Below are positions 1-11,869 of a stretch of DNA of 64,000 nucleotides, piece by piece (the stretch's first letter is position 1; each line of letters starts with the position of its first letter). Under the pieces are notes generated by a model that was not told where the DNA came from, did not search any database, and was given only the letters and a program-made list of their open reading frames with translations. The DNA comes from Paragordius varius (taxonomy: Eukaryota; Animalia; Nematomorpha): NCBI GenBank assembly GCA_964247055.1, contig OZ176053.1:11966001-12030000 (forward strand). Reading direction: 5' to 3'. The translations under genes were made by a program, and so were the position numbers.

Positions 1-654
1 CATATCTTAACAAAATATTACTTACAGTTCTCATAATCATCTAAATATAATTTTCTTTGCCAGTTTACCCATTAAGTTAATAATACTATTTGGCTACTAA
101 AATTAATGTAAAAAAGGCATTAAAGTTTTACTCATAGTCATACTGCATCTCTTAACATTTATGAAGTAGCTGAATTATAAATCTCAAAGCAAAACTCTCC
201 GCCAAAATCCTACCGGGACGTTCCTTGTAAGCCAGCGCACACTTAATGGTTCTGTATGAAAAGAAATCTAACATGCTTTAGTAGAGCATTGATGTGTGTA
301 TAATGTATATTGTAAAAAAAAGTCTTTTTTGAATAATGTAAATATATATTTGGATATTAATGGCGTTCGATTTGTACCAAGAATGTAATATACAATTTAT
401 TTTAATTGTGTCAATTGCTGAGCCCAAATAATTTTTACTTTACATCCGAACAGAAATCCCTTTGAACTTTAATAATGGTAACTAATTCAACTGTGTCGGC
501 AAAACGAATTAGCTACGATCATCTGGCACTTTTTCGATTTTATAAAATGTCACCGTCACATTATAATTTATATTTATCTCTATAATAAATACTAAGAACC
601 ATTTACCATCGTCTGAATGTGGAAAAATTGCAACCATCTCTGTAAATGGCTTTA

Positions 655-1000
655 ACACTTCATTACCTTTTCATTTTTTGTCCTATTTTACATTTTGGGG
701 TATTTTATATTCAGACCTCAATTTTGTAAATACAGTTTTAAAAGTTACTTTATTTAACTATCAAACAACTCATGTCTTATATTACAAAGTTTATATTTTT
801 TACAGTTTCGAGAGTAGAGTCTAAATTTGAAACAGCTCCAAAACACGGTCGAAAAAAACTACAAAATATATCAAATTTTTGCTCCTAAAATGTAGCATGA
901 AAGACTTTTAAAGTTATTTATTTACATTTTCCAACCATAATATAAATTTATTTGCAAGTTGCATTCGATTTAAAAAATTAGAAAAAAATGGCGGTAAAAA
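655..1000. repeat. Dispersed repeat, inverted homologue of ~23660-24012
   Basis: CATTACCTTTTCATTTTTTGTCCT...GGGGTATTTTATATTC at ~660 is the reverse complement of GAATATAAAACTACCCCAATTAGGACAAAAATGAAAAGGTAATG at ~23970; similarity continues to AAAAAAATGGCGG / CCGCCATTTTTTT. Confidence 0.65.
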
Positions 1001-2107
1001 AGTTTGAGATAAAATATTTTTATCCATAAAATGCGCCAAAGGCTACAAAAAGATAATTTTAAATTCGACTCAATACGTAAATAGTTTATGATATTCAAAT
1101 TTTTAATCGTTCAGTGATATAAAACTACCCCAAAAGGTAATTGAGTGTTAAACATCAAAACTAAAAACATTATGAATGACACATTTTAATCATCATATGT
1201 GCTTAAGGTAATAAACTACTTATTTAATAATTATATGGTAAATTTGGATCCTAAATATCTAAAATATAGAATGTAAATATTTTTTGTGCGTTTTTTCATC
1301 TATTTTGATGTAGAACTAAAAAATATCCAAATGTTATTTTAAACTATATATATAAAAAATATTTTTTTAGCATTCATATTTTCGCAGGCATTTATGTGCT
1401 TTTTTAGCATTTGCTATAACTTTATATCATTAAATAATATTATCAACCTTTTCATCACAATTTTTGTCGTACAAAATAAGTTAATAAAAAACTCATTAAC
1501 ATAAATAATATATTCTATTGTTATTTTTATAAACATATCTAAATGTATAATTTCTTAGTTTTTTATCAGTTAAGGGTGATATGGTAAATTATTTATAGTC
1601 CGAAAAACCAGTTTATCAATCGCAAAAACATTTTAACTTAAATTTGAACAAAAAAAGACATGAATTGCCTTAGGACATTTTAAACACGACTATATAAATT
1701 ATAATATTATCGATTCATACTTGTTACATCATTCAAAATTTTAAATAATTTTTTATCTTTCATCTAATTCCACTTAGGAATGATCCCATGTCACAAAGTA
1801 AAACATGGCTTAATATAATATTATTTTTAATATATATATAATATAAACTTTTGATGTAATATTATATTCATGGTTTAATCTGATTATATCAATCCTGTCT
1901 TGTTTATTACAATTTATCATACCATATTTATTTATCTATCTATTGATTTTTTAACAGCGCTTTTAAAGGAAATATTATCCAAATTTATTTTTGAAATAAA
2001 TATTATTAACATATAATTTATCTCCACAAGCTTTGGGAAACGAAAATGGTGATAAATCCAACAAAAATGAAAATAAAATCGGAACAAGACTAGCAACCCA
2101 AAAAAGT

Positions 2108-5100
2108 ATGGTGTGTCGCGCCTTATTTCGTCGTAAAATTATTAAAGATTCGGATCTTGAAGTCTCTAACCTCGCTAGGAAACTAAATTTGTTTGATTTA
2201 TTGGCCCTTGGTATTATTTATTCATTTCGTCTTAACAAAACATTTTAGTAAAATTTGAAAAATAATGATATTTTTGTTAAACGGTAGCATTAATTGTTTA
2301 AATAACCTAATTTTAAAGTCTCCTTTTTATATGTCGCTGATATTTATACAACAAATTTTAATACCCTATTTTTCCTATCTTATATATATATTAATGTTTT
2401 TAAAGGTAGACATTTACATTTTACCTCCAACAGTGTGTGAAATATAAATAAATCTCTTTTAATAAATTATTTTTTCATTAATATTGTTTTTATCACCATT
2501 TCTATGAAACAGGGATAAATCTATTTGGTTTTAGGGGTAGGAAGTACATTGGGTGCGGGTGTTTATGTTTTAACGGGAAATGTAGCTAGAACGACTGCAG
2601 GACCAGCTGTTATATTTTCATTTCTGATCGCAGCCATAGCATCCATTTTTGCAGGTAATTTAATAATTTAAACACAGTTTCATGTTGAAAAATGTAGAAT
2701 ATACAGTAAAACTCTTTATGCCCGGACATTTTTTAGAATGTGACTCTTTTTTTTACAAAATTTTAACGTAAAATGGATAATTTATATATTTTAATGAAAA
2801 ACCGTTTGATTGGTGTTTATAACCCATTTATTCGTCTGCCAACATTATCTTAACAATTAATCATTTATTCTCTATAAAATATTTGATTTTTGAAAAAAAA
2901 TTCTCGAAATATTTTTAGTATCGATCAATTTAGTTTAATTTTAGATTAAATAATTATAATATGATTAATAAAAATCACAGGTACGTCACTTATTATAAAG
3001 CGTAACTCATTGTTTTACCAATTTTATGCGCTTAGTTACACCAATTTTTTTTGGGCACAAACTTTTTTTATTTTTATTCCCAAACAAAAGCTTACAAAAT
3101 AAGTAAAATATGACTTTTCTGTAATAAATTTATATGGTACCAAAAAAGGTTAAAACCTTGATAGTTTTATTATAATAGACAATCGTCATAAACGGAAGTT
3201 TTAGGCACTGCTTAATATTATAAATTAAAAGGCAGTTTACCAAATATTGTTATTATATAAGTCAAACAATTTTCAAAATAGTTACAGAAAAGGTTAAAAT
3301 TAGCTCTTGCCCTGCCTTAGAATTTATAAATAATTGCTCATTACACAGGATTTTGTTATGCTGAATTCGGTGCTCGCGTTCCCAGAGCTGGATCCGCTTA
3401 CATATATAGTTACGTGACGGTTGGCGAATTTTGGGCTTTTATCATTGGGTACAGTCTTATACTTGAATACATGATAGGTAGGTACATATAACTAACTGTA
3501 TTTTAAATATGTTTTTCTCCACAAAATTGCTATTAATATACAGTAAAAATTGAATTACACAAACAAAACGTAAAAATATAAAGACAAATTTTTTTCATAC
3601 TTTTTAACCTTATTTTTGCTTTAAATATTGTTTTACAGCTGTAAAATAAATAATTAATTGTATTACCAATTTTTATATCTTTATTTCATACTTTGCAGTG
3701 TAAAACAATGCGTTATATTCAAAAATATCAAGTTTAAGTAGAGCAATTAGAAAAAAATTTTGTCCTTTTATTTTTGGGGTTTTGTCCGTATAATTTGAAT
3801 TTTTACTGTAATTTATATTAAATTAGGGTCTGCAAGTATAGCTAGGGCATGGAGTGCTACCGTAGATCTTATGGTGGATAAAGTTGTGCAAAAATATCTT
3901 TTACAAACGGTGCCAATCAATGTCCCATTCCTATCCAAATACCCTGATCTCATAGCACTAGCTGTGATAATTTTTGTCTCAAGTAGGGATAAACTTATTA
4001 TTTTCAGTATCTGATTCATTCGTTAAGATAAACCATTTACAATTTAAATTTACCCTTCAACAATTCAAATTCACCCACGAACAATTCAAATTCACCCTTA
4101 AATAAATTGTATGTTTTTTAAGATTAAAAATTAATTTTTATGTATTTTTAAAAAATAAAATTTTGTTTTAAATGCAAATAATACTGAAATATAATAATAA
4201 ACTATGTTATAAAGATATATTTTATATTAATAATGAGATATTAGTTCGGAAACACATGATTTATTTTTAAGGTGAATTTGAATTGTTCAAGGGTAAATTT
4301 GAAGTGTAAATCCTTGGTTAATTTAGATAAAATAACTTCTATAAAATTGTAGTGTTCCGCAGTGTAACTCTATCCCTTCTATATTTTTTTGCCCAAGCAA
4401 CTGAATAAGAATTTAAAAATAGCGGTTTTACATTTAAGCCAATTTTGATAGTTATTTTATTTTTACATATATTAGTAATTATTGGCATGGGAGTTCGGGA
4501 TTCAGCTCGTATTAACAATATTCTAGCATCCGGAAACGTTTTAGTAATCATATTTGTCATTGTTGTCGGAATGATACGGGGAAACGTTAACAATTGGCGG
4601 ATTGATCCAATAAAAGTTAGTTATTTTTTTCACTAAAAATGGGCTCACATCGTGTTAATTTTCAAAAAAATAAAATTTCCGTAAAACCTACAACTATAAT
4701 TATGGCAATTTCGTTATATAAACTCAAATAAATCTTACACAAATGATAAAATTTTAATTTTTTTTAATTGTTCAAGGATTTAAATGCAACGTCATTGGAT
4801 ACACAAGAGTATGGAAAGGGTGGGTTTTTCCCTTGGGGCTTTAGTGGTGTACTTGCAGGAGCTTCGACGTGCTTTTTTGCTTTCGCTGGCTTTGATACTA
4901 TTGCTTCTACTGGTAATGTGCGCTATAATTTTAAAAAGAGATAAATAACAAATATTTGTAATACCATTTGAAAAACATTTTTAATACCAATATAAAAACT
5001 TTAGCCGATTGGATGCCGTCGACGCGAAATATGGTCCTAATTAAAATAACCCTAAATAATCGACATCAAATAACCATAGCTTTTGAAAATTTAGCGGTGT

Positions 5101-6717
5101 CTCTTGTTTATATTTGGGATAAAATAATTAAAATAATATCAAGGACTTTCTATATTCTTTTTGTATTTGCGGCCTCTTATAATAGCATTAAAATATGGAT
5201 TTTTTACAATATCGATAAAATGCCCGTGAATATCATATTCATAGGAAAGTTTAAAACTGGTTTTTTTCAATGATTATTGAAGATAAATAGCAACAAATCA
5301 ATAAGGGTCGTCATGCTTATATTATCTGGAAATTTTTATCCATGATCTGTATGTTAAAACATTATACAAAAGAGTTTGTAAATTTTATTGCATAGTTATT
5401 GCTTTTATATCCACAAATATTTAAATACAATAAATGAGTGTCCAAATGTTTGCAAGTGATTGTCGCAAACGGAAATATTAAATCAATTATCTTATCATTT
5501 TATGTTAAGAAAGTCAGCATACTTTTTTAATTTTAATGTATCTATGTTAAGTAAAACTTTTAAACCTTGATAACTGTAAAAATGGGTGATTTTATTACAG
5601 ATCATATATTTTGCAGGGGAAGAGGTTAAAGATCCACAAAAAATGATTCCAATCGGTATTATTGGATCGCTACTCATATCCTTTTTGGCTTACATTGGGG
5701 TCAGTATGTCTTTGTCAGCTCTGATGCCCTATTATAAACTAGATCTGGTTGCCCCAATCCCTCTGGCTTTTGAATACATAGGTTGGTACAAGCTTAAATA
5801 TGTGGTGGCAGTTGGTTCGATGTGTGGTTTATCTGCAAGGTATATAGAGAATATAATTTTACTGAATTTGATTGTCTACTCTCTTTAGTTTTATAAATAT
5901 TTTTTAATATCGTGAAATTAAACGTTAAATTATCGCTCGGAACTAAAAATATATATGTAGCATGCATTTATTAATATTCTTAGTGCTCTAAAGTATTTGT
6001 AATCTACTATAGTCTCATGGGTTGCATGTTTCCACACCCAAGAATTCTTTATGCAATGGCAAGCGATGGCTTACTCTTTAATTTTTTATCTTACGTCAAT
6101 CCTAAAACGCAGACACCAATCTATGCAACTGCATTTGCATGCATCCTCTCTGGTAACTAAATTAAAAATCCACAAGTCAATTAGTTTTAATGAAAATAAA
6201 AATATACAGTTTAGAGTCTCTTTTTCCTTTTTTATTAAAGGGTAATGACTTAAATTGTTTACGAACATATAAAAGCTAACTCGCCTCCCCAGGGCTGACA
6301 GCGATGATGGAAAAGGCGTAGTTTCGGTGTTCGAACTCTGGCACGCAGTGTAAGACTCCGGCACCCTACCTTAATTAGTTTAAATAATTTTATATTTTTG
6401 AATTTGAGCATTTCACAGTAGAAGATTGGGCTGTTTTTGGCAAATTGACGTAATTTAATATCTATTATGGCCAAAACTTGGTATAACAAAAGAAATAGTA
6501 TAATAATTTTCTCGGCATCTCAACCAACTTCGACATTTGTAGAGTAAAGCGTTAAATAAAAGAATCAAATTATTTCTTACAAAATTAATCACATAACTAA
6601 AATATTAGTGTCTAGTAATGTAGTTTTCACACAATAGCTACTTAATTTTTTTATTAAAAATGTGATTAATTCGTTCGTTACTTGAAATGGAGAAATAAAA
6701 TAAAGGCCTTTTGGGTA

Positions 6718-6767
<50 letters not shown>

Positions 6768-9700
6768 AAATATTATAACTTTTACAATTTAATTTATAGA
6801 TGAGATATAAAAAATCTAGAGTTTCTCAAGAAAACACATCATTTTTCATTTCATCTTCTCCGATATCAAACGAAATCACATGTTTAACAAAATGTTTATG
6901 ATCATGTGTGTAAAAACAGCCTTTTTGACAAGGCCGATCCTTTATTATATTAAATACTATTGATTTTAGAGTATACTCATTTTACATTTTAGACGTTTTA
7001 CTATGTAAAGGTCATAGTTTATTGAAACATAAATATTAGTTTATATTTTAATATTATCTATAAAGTTGCAAATTTTTAACCATTTTGCGTCATAAATAAA
7101 CATTTTATTATGTAAATTTTAAGCTGATCGCTTAGAATCAGATTTTTGAGTTTTTTTATATGCAACTAGTATATGCCCAATTTTTTTCGGATCCGGAAAA
7201 TGTTAATTATTATACAAAAATTAGAAAAAACAACAGTTTTTACACATTAAATTTGGAATATTTTTTATAAAGTTGGAATAGTTATTTACCATAGCCTATT
7301 TTTTTAATTAGGTATTTTAGCAACGTTTTTCGACATTAGAGAATTGATTGATTTGATGTCAATGGGAACATTGCTTTCATATACCCTAGTCGCTGCCTGT
7401 GTCCTTATACTTAGGTAAATATTCATATTCCGATTCCCATTTACAGTTTATTAATCAAAGATTTCATTAACTTTTTAAAGGTATCAACCTCAACAAAATC
7501 ACGATATAGGCCGTATGAGCCTTGATTCTTCCAATAATGATATTATATCTACCGATAAAAACACATATCCTTCAAAGTAAAATCATAATATTTTGATAAA
7601 TAAAATTTTGTGTTTAATTTTTTATAGATACTTAACTCTGAGTTGGCGACTGAAACGAAGTTTTATACCGATTTTTGGGAAACAAAGGATAGCCACCCCC
7701 AGGCATGCAAAAATAGCTTTTCATGCCACTGTCGTTGCATGTAACTTTTAAGTTGTTTAAAATATATGATTAATGAATCATTATACCCTAAATCTGCCAT
7801 TTTCCCCATTTTTAACAGATATTTATACCAATAACAAAAAAGTAAAATTGAATAACTTTTAGATATATAGTTAAATCTCAGTTTACATGAGTGGCACTGG
7901 GTTTAAATCATTATCAAATTTTTATTTTTGACCAAATACATTAAAATAAGCGGTTATTATGTGGTTGCTTAAATTAAACAAGTTTGTTGGCTAATTTTTA
8001 CTACGTTCATAAATTATAGGCAACAGTCTAATGGGTTGAAAAATATAAATTAATTTCTAATTAATGATTTTTTATAGGTTTGGTTTTGATAATATTTTGC
8101 GCTATATATGTTACAAAAGAAAATCAAATTCATGCAAAGAGTCCGCTGCCTATTTTCTTTTTAACCTTGACTGGCCTTATTATTATAGTATGCATCTACA
8201 TCGTTGCTATCCAACCCCAAGATCATATACATTTGTATTTCAAGGTAAACTAATATTATTATTTTTTAAAAAAACCTCTTTATTACGCAATCAACAGCTA
8301 TATAGCATGATGTGTCAATAGATTGACGAATGTAAACTGATGCAATTTTTTTAGATCAGGGATACCCAAACACGGCCCTACCCGCTTTTAAAAAAGTCGG
8401 CGAAAAAATTAAAATTATGATGTGCAAATAATTTTCTTTGATTTGCAATATCTTGTTTAAATTAAACCCTTAAAGCATAATTTTTACCTTCAAATATATT
8501 ATTTTTAAGTTTCTGCCTTGGAAAAAAATATATTTATTACATCCATTTTGCTAAATATTATTTGTTCGATTCTGGATTAACTATTTTTAGGCCGTGTATA
8601 AATATTTACTATATTTATTCCTTTAATACAATATCAGTACTAATAATTTCATAGGGGAATCATTATTTTAAGGCTGTTTCTGAAAATGGAATACTAGCGG
8701 GTGTAAATAATTATATTAGGTTCGCAATTTTTTACAGCACTGTTTTTTAAATTTACCCGTCGGTTTTTGAAACGAAGAAACATCCCAAAGCCATTTTATA
8801 TTGTATCAATTTAGCAAAAAAAACGAGAAGCTTACATACATTTATACTTATTTTTAATATAGCCAATAAATTTGTTAAATATGGTTGTTTACTGTATATA
8901 TTTAGGTGCCATTAGTCCCAATCATTCCTTTCATTAGCATTGTTATAAATGTATTCCTAATGCTCAAACTTAGTCGCATAACTTGGATACAATATGCCGT
9001 TTTTATGGCATTAGGTATGCTTTATTTTGTTGCTGCAAAAATTTAGAGAAGCTATCTACCAGGGATTGGACCCGTTTGCTTATAAGTTCGGTTCCGAGCA
9101 CGATGGTTCCGGTTTCATTAATTTATTGGAAAATTTTTTTGGCACTAAGTATAAATTCTCAAATAGTACTATCAAATAGTATATATTTTGATAATGCAAC
9201 TTTCCTCTAAAAAATATAAAAATCAGTTTATTTTCATTTTGAATATGTGAACAAATAATGTTTAACATATGTATAGTTGTATAAATAGTAGAAAAAAAAA
9301 TAAAAAAAAATGATTAAAATGATGGGGGAAAAACTAATTGTTTAAAAAAATGGAACCGTTTTTGGAAAAAATAGATAGTTCCAAAACGGTTCCGAAAAAA
9401 ATAAACGGTAGTCTTCCGGTTCCAATCCCTGCAAAAAATAATATATAATATATATTATTATTCGCCAAACTATTTAAAAAATAAAAAAAAATGATTAAAT
9501 TTCAATAAATATCTTATTTCCGCTCAATATTAGAACTTCAGAAAATTAATAAGTTTGGGAGAAATTAATTTTTACATACTTGCAGTGTGAGGGGCCATAT
9601 TTATAAATCGGAAAAGTGCAAGATGATCGGTATGATTTAATTTGTTTATAGGCCTTAGTAGCTTTTAAAAAACTATTATAAGAAGGTTCACAGTAATAAA

Positions 9701-9884
9701 TCATGTATTTATAGGATTCTTGGTATACTTTGGTTATGGACTTATTCATAGTAAACAAAGAACTAAATACAAATCCAAAGATTTGATTATGGATGTTAAG
9801 CCGGATAATCGAATTAATGATAAATCATCGATTGAAGAATTGAATACGAAAACTCCACCCAAACACGAGAAATCTAAATTATAA
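2108..9884 (+). CDS. Cationic amino acid transporter (SLC7A1-4 / slimfast-like APC-family permease), 14 exons, ~634 aa
   Basis: Exons 2108-2210, 2535-2654, 3349-3477, 3827-3982, 4476-4615, 4777-4912, 5617-5839, 6013-6152, 7312-7414, 7481-7576, 7628-7740, 8078-8244, 8906-9014, 9715-9884 join in frame at GT-AG sites (1905 nt). CAT-family motifs: [154 protein letters not shown]. Start ATG chosen as first in-frame ATG before the conserved RRK motif; an upstream exon (acceptor at 2030) is possible. Confidence 0.93.
3541..3808. mobile_element. Tc1/mariner-type MITE family (CAGT...ACTG, TA TSD)
   Basis: TA|CAGTAAAAATTGAATTAC ... GTATAATTTGAATTTTTACTG|TA; related copies at 21410-22855 (interrupted), 32006-32291, 33965-34246. 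Confidence 0.8.
4033..4312. mobile_element. Foldback MITE family A (CCATTTAC termini, 21-bp subterminal repeats)
   Basis: Left arm ACAATTCAAATTCACCC repeats, right arm GGGTGAATTTGAATTGTT repeats; right terminus degenerate; in SLC7 intron 4. Confidence 0.75.
6721..6762. repeat. (TA)n microsatellite; similar tracts near 14695-14718, 15500-15530, 20288-20330, 43888-43922, 48931-48970
   Basis: Direct reading of TA dinucleotide runs. Confidence 0.9.
9060..9431. mobile_element. MITE with CAGGGATTGGA TIRs and GGAACCG/CGGTTCC motifs
   Basis: TIRs CAGGGATTGGA / TCCAATCCCTG; in last intron of the SLC7 gene; no TSD recognised. Confidence 0.7.
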
Positions 9885-10957
9885 TGTTGCAATAATTTTT
9901 GTGCCTAGCAATGCCTAAATAAATATTAATCATATACTAATTTATGTGATGGATGTTAACTAGACTTATGTTCAGAAATTGCATTGTAAAGTCAAATACA
10001 AAAGAGAAATTTTTTATTTAAAGCGTTAATAAACAACTCAGACAAATTTAAATAGTGAAAAGCTTGTGGTAAAATAAAATTTTAATTTACAAAAAAACCC
10101 ATAATAATAACACAGGATTACTTAAAAAGTTTACCCAATCTGATTTTCCTAAATCCAGTTAAGTTTATTTTAAAATTGATTAAAAAAGATTTTCCGAACT
10201 TCGGTGCCTGCCTTCAAACATTTAAACTTTTGCATTTAGTTTGATCAAAATATGTTAATTTCGTTCCAGTCCTTAATTTTTTTTATAAAAGAATTATATG
10301 GTTTTTAGTTTTGTTATTAGTGTTGGATTTGTATGCGTTTTTAGTAAATCTTATTTCGATTTTATGGCCTGAAGTAAAAATACGGCATTTTATGATTTTT
10401 GAATGAAATTATTCTGCTTTAACGAGATTTAATAGTTTGTCTCTATATACTGATAAATGGTTTTATATATATGTATATATATTTTTTTGTTCAAAAGCCA
10501 TATTTTGGCTAATTTTCTATTAAAATCTATACATGAGCAGTACATAATAATTATTTTAGATTATATATAATTTTTATCTTATATTAAATGAAAAGGTTTA
10601 TTAATTCAAAGTTGTATCAGAAAATGATTTTAAACAGTTTTACCCCAAATGACTTTCTTATGGGTGAAGGTTGATTTTAAAAATTAAACAACCAGGATAG
10701 TTATCAAATTAGTATGGATGTTTCAAAAAACTTAGAACCAGAACTATATTCACATGAATTTACAAGTTTCCGATTCCATATCTCCTTTAAATCAAACACA
10801 ATTGTCTTGGTTACAGTAGGAAAATCTCAGAGATAAAATAATATATTTTTTTGGACGCTTGATTCACCTCATAAATAAGTGTTATAAATTTTTTGGGAAT
10901 GCGCATATAAAACAGTACGCCCTTGCAAAAATCAGGCAGGGTGTTTTGAATGCATGA

Positions 10958-11666
10958 ATGAATATAAAAAATTTAAAATATGTAATCAAAAAATTACCAC
11001 CAACCTATGTCCTAATTTGTAGAAAAAATGTCCATTTTACCCATAAAAATTGGAAAAATTTGAAGCCATACAGTAAAAACGAATTAGATGTTAATGTTAT
11101 TGAAACAGGTATATATTTATTTATAAGGTAAGTTAAGGAACGATCAAAAGATGCTACCAATCTTTTGGTTATTATAGGTGGTTTTGGTGTAACAGGTTTT
11201 TTATTTTTAAAATATTTAGGATTGTTACTTTACGTTATATTTAAGGAGTTGTTTTCTCCTAATACACCAACTGCTCAATATTCCAAAGCCTTGAAGCTTA
11301 TTAAAAAAAACTCCGAAGTATTGAATTATATAGATTTAGATTATTAATATATTAGGCACATCAATCAAAGCTTTTGGTGAGGATACAGGCAGGGGCCGAC
11401 GAAGATTCATAAAGTAAATAAATAATTTAATATTTGAGACATGATTTAGTAATTGATAACAATGGACAAAAAATGATGCGATTTACCTTTCATTTGTCTG
11501 CGGACAATGCACCTTCATATCAATCAAAAGCTTTAGTTTATGGTGAATCTTATTATGTAATTTTTTCTTAATATTTAAGGATGACGCAACAAAATCTTAC
11601 ACTCTGCATAAACTTATAGTCAGAATAGGCAGCGGCTTCCAAGAGAAAACCATTGTAGTGCTTTGA
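10958..11666 (+). CDS. TIM21: Mitochondrial import inner membrane translocase subunit Tim21, 6 exons, ~196 aa, five ultrashort introns
   Basis: Exons 10958-11108, 11133-11195, 11220-11317, 11340-11413, 11439-11556, 11580-11666 (591 nt, open frame). Product: basic N-terminal presequence, then VKERSKDATNLLVIIGGFGVTGLLLYVIFKELFSPNTPTAQYSKALKLIKKNSEIINILGTSIKAFGEDTGRGRRRFIKHDLVIDNNGQKMMRFTFHL, matching the Tim21 pattern (TM helix, ELFS, YxKAL, GxxIKAFGE, RGRR). Confidence 0.87.
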
Positions 11667-11869
11667 TACTAATACATTCATATTTTTCTTAATCTATGCA
11701 AATTTTAATAAATTATAATCATGCACTAAAATTTAATAAACGACTCAACCCTTTATTAGGTGCCAATATTTTTTATCAAGATATTTTTAATAGGACCCGA
11801 TTTTATGCACAGTGTTTATGTTTGGATTCATATTGGATTTTGTTAAGCGTATCTTGAATTATTGTTATT

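Noticed and set aside
195-260. Possible minus-strand exon (EPLSVRWLTRNVP or TIKCALAYKERP) with a good acceptor
   Set aside because: Isolated, short, no partner exon found in the window; cannot distinguish from a TE fragment.
10588-10835. Possible extra gene or upstream TIM21 exons (MKRFINSKLYQK... then DSYQISM...)
   Set aside because: The candidate 26-nt intron 10670-10695 yields an immediate stop; no recognisable protein on either strand.
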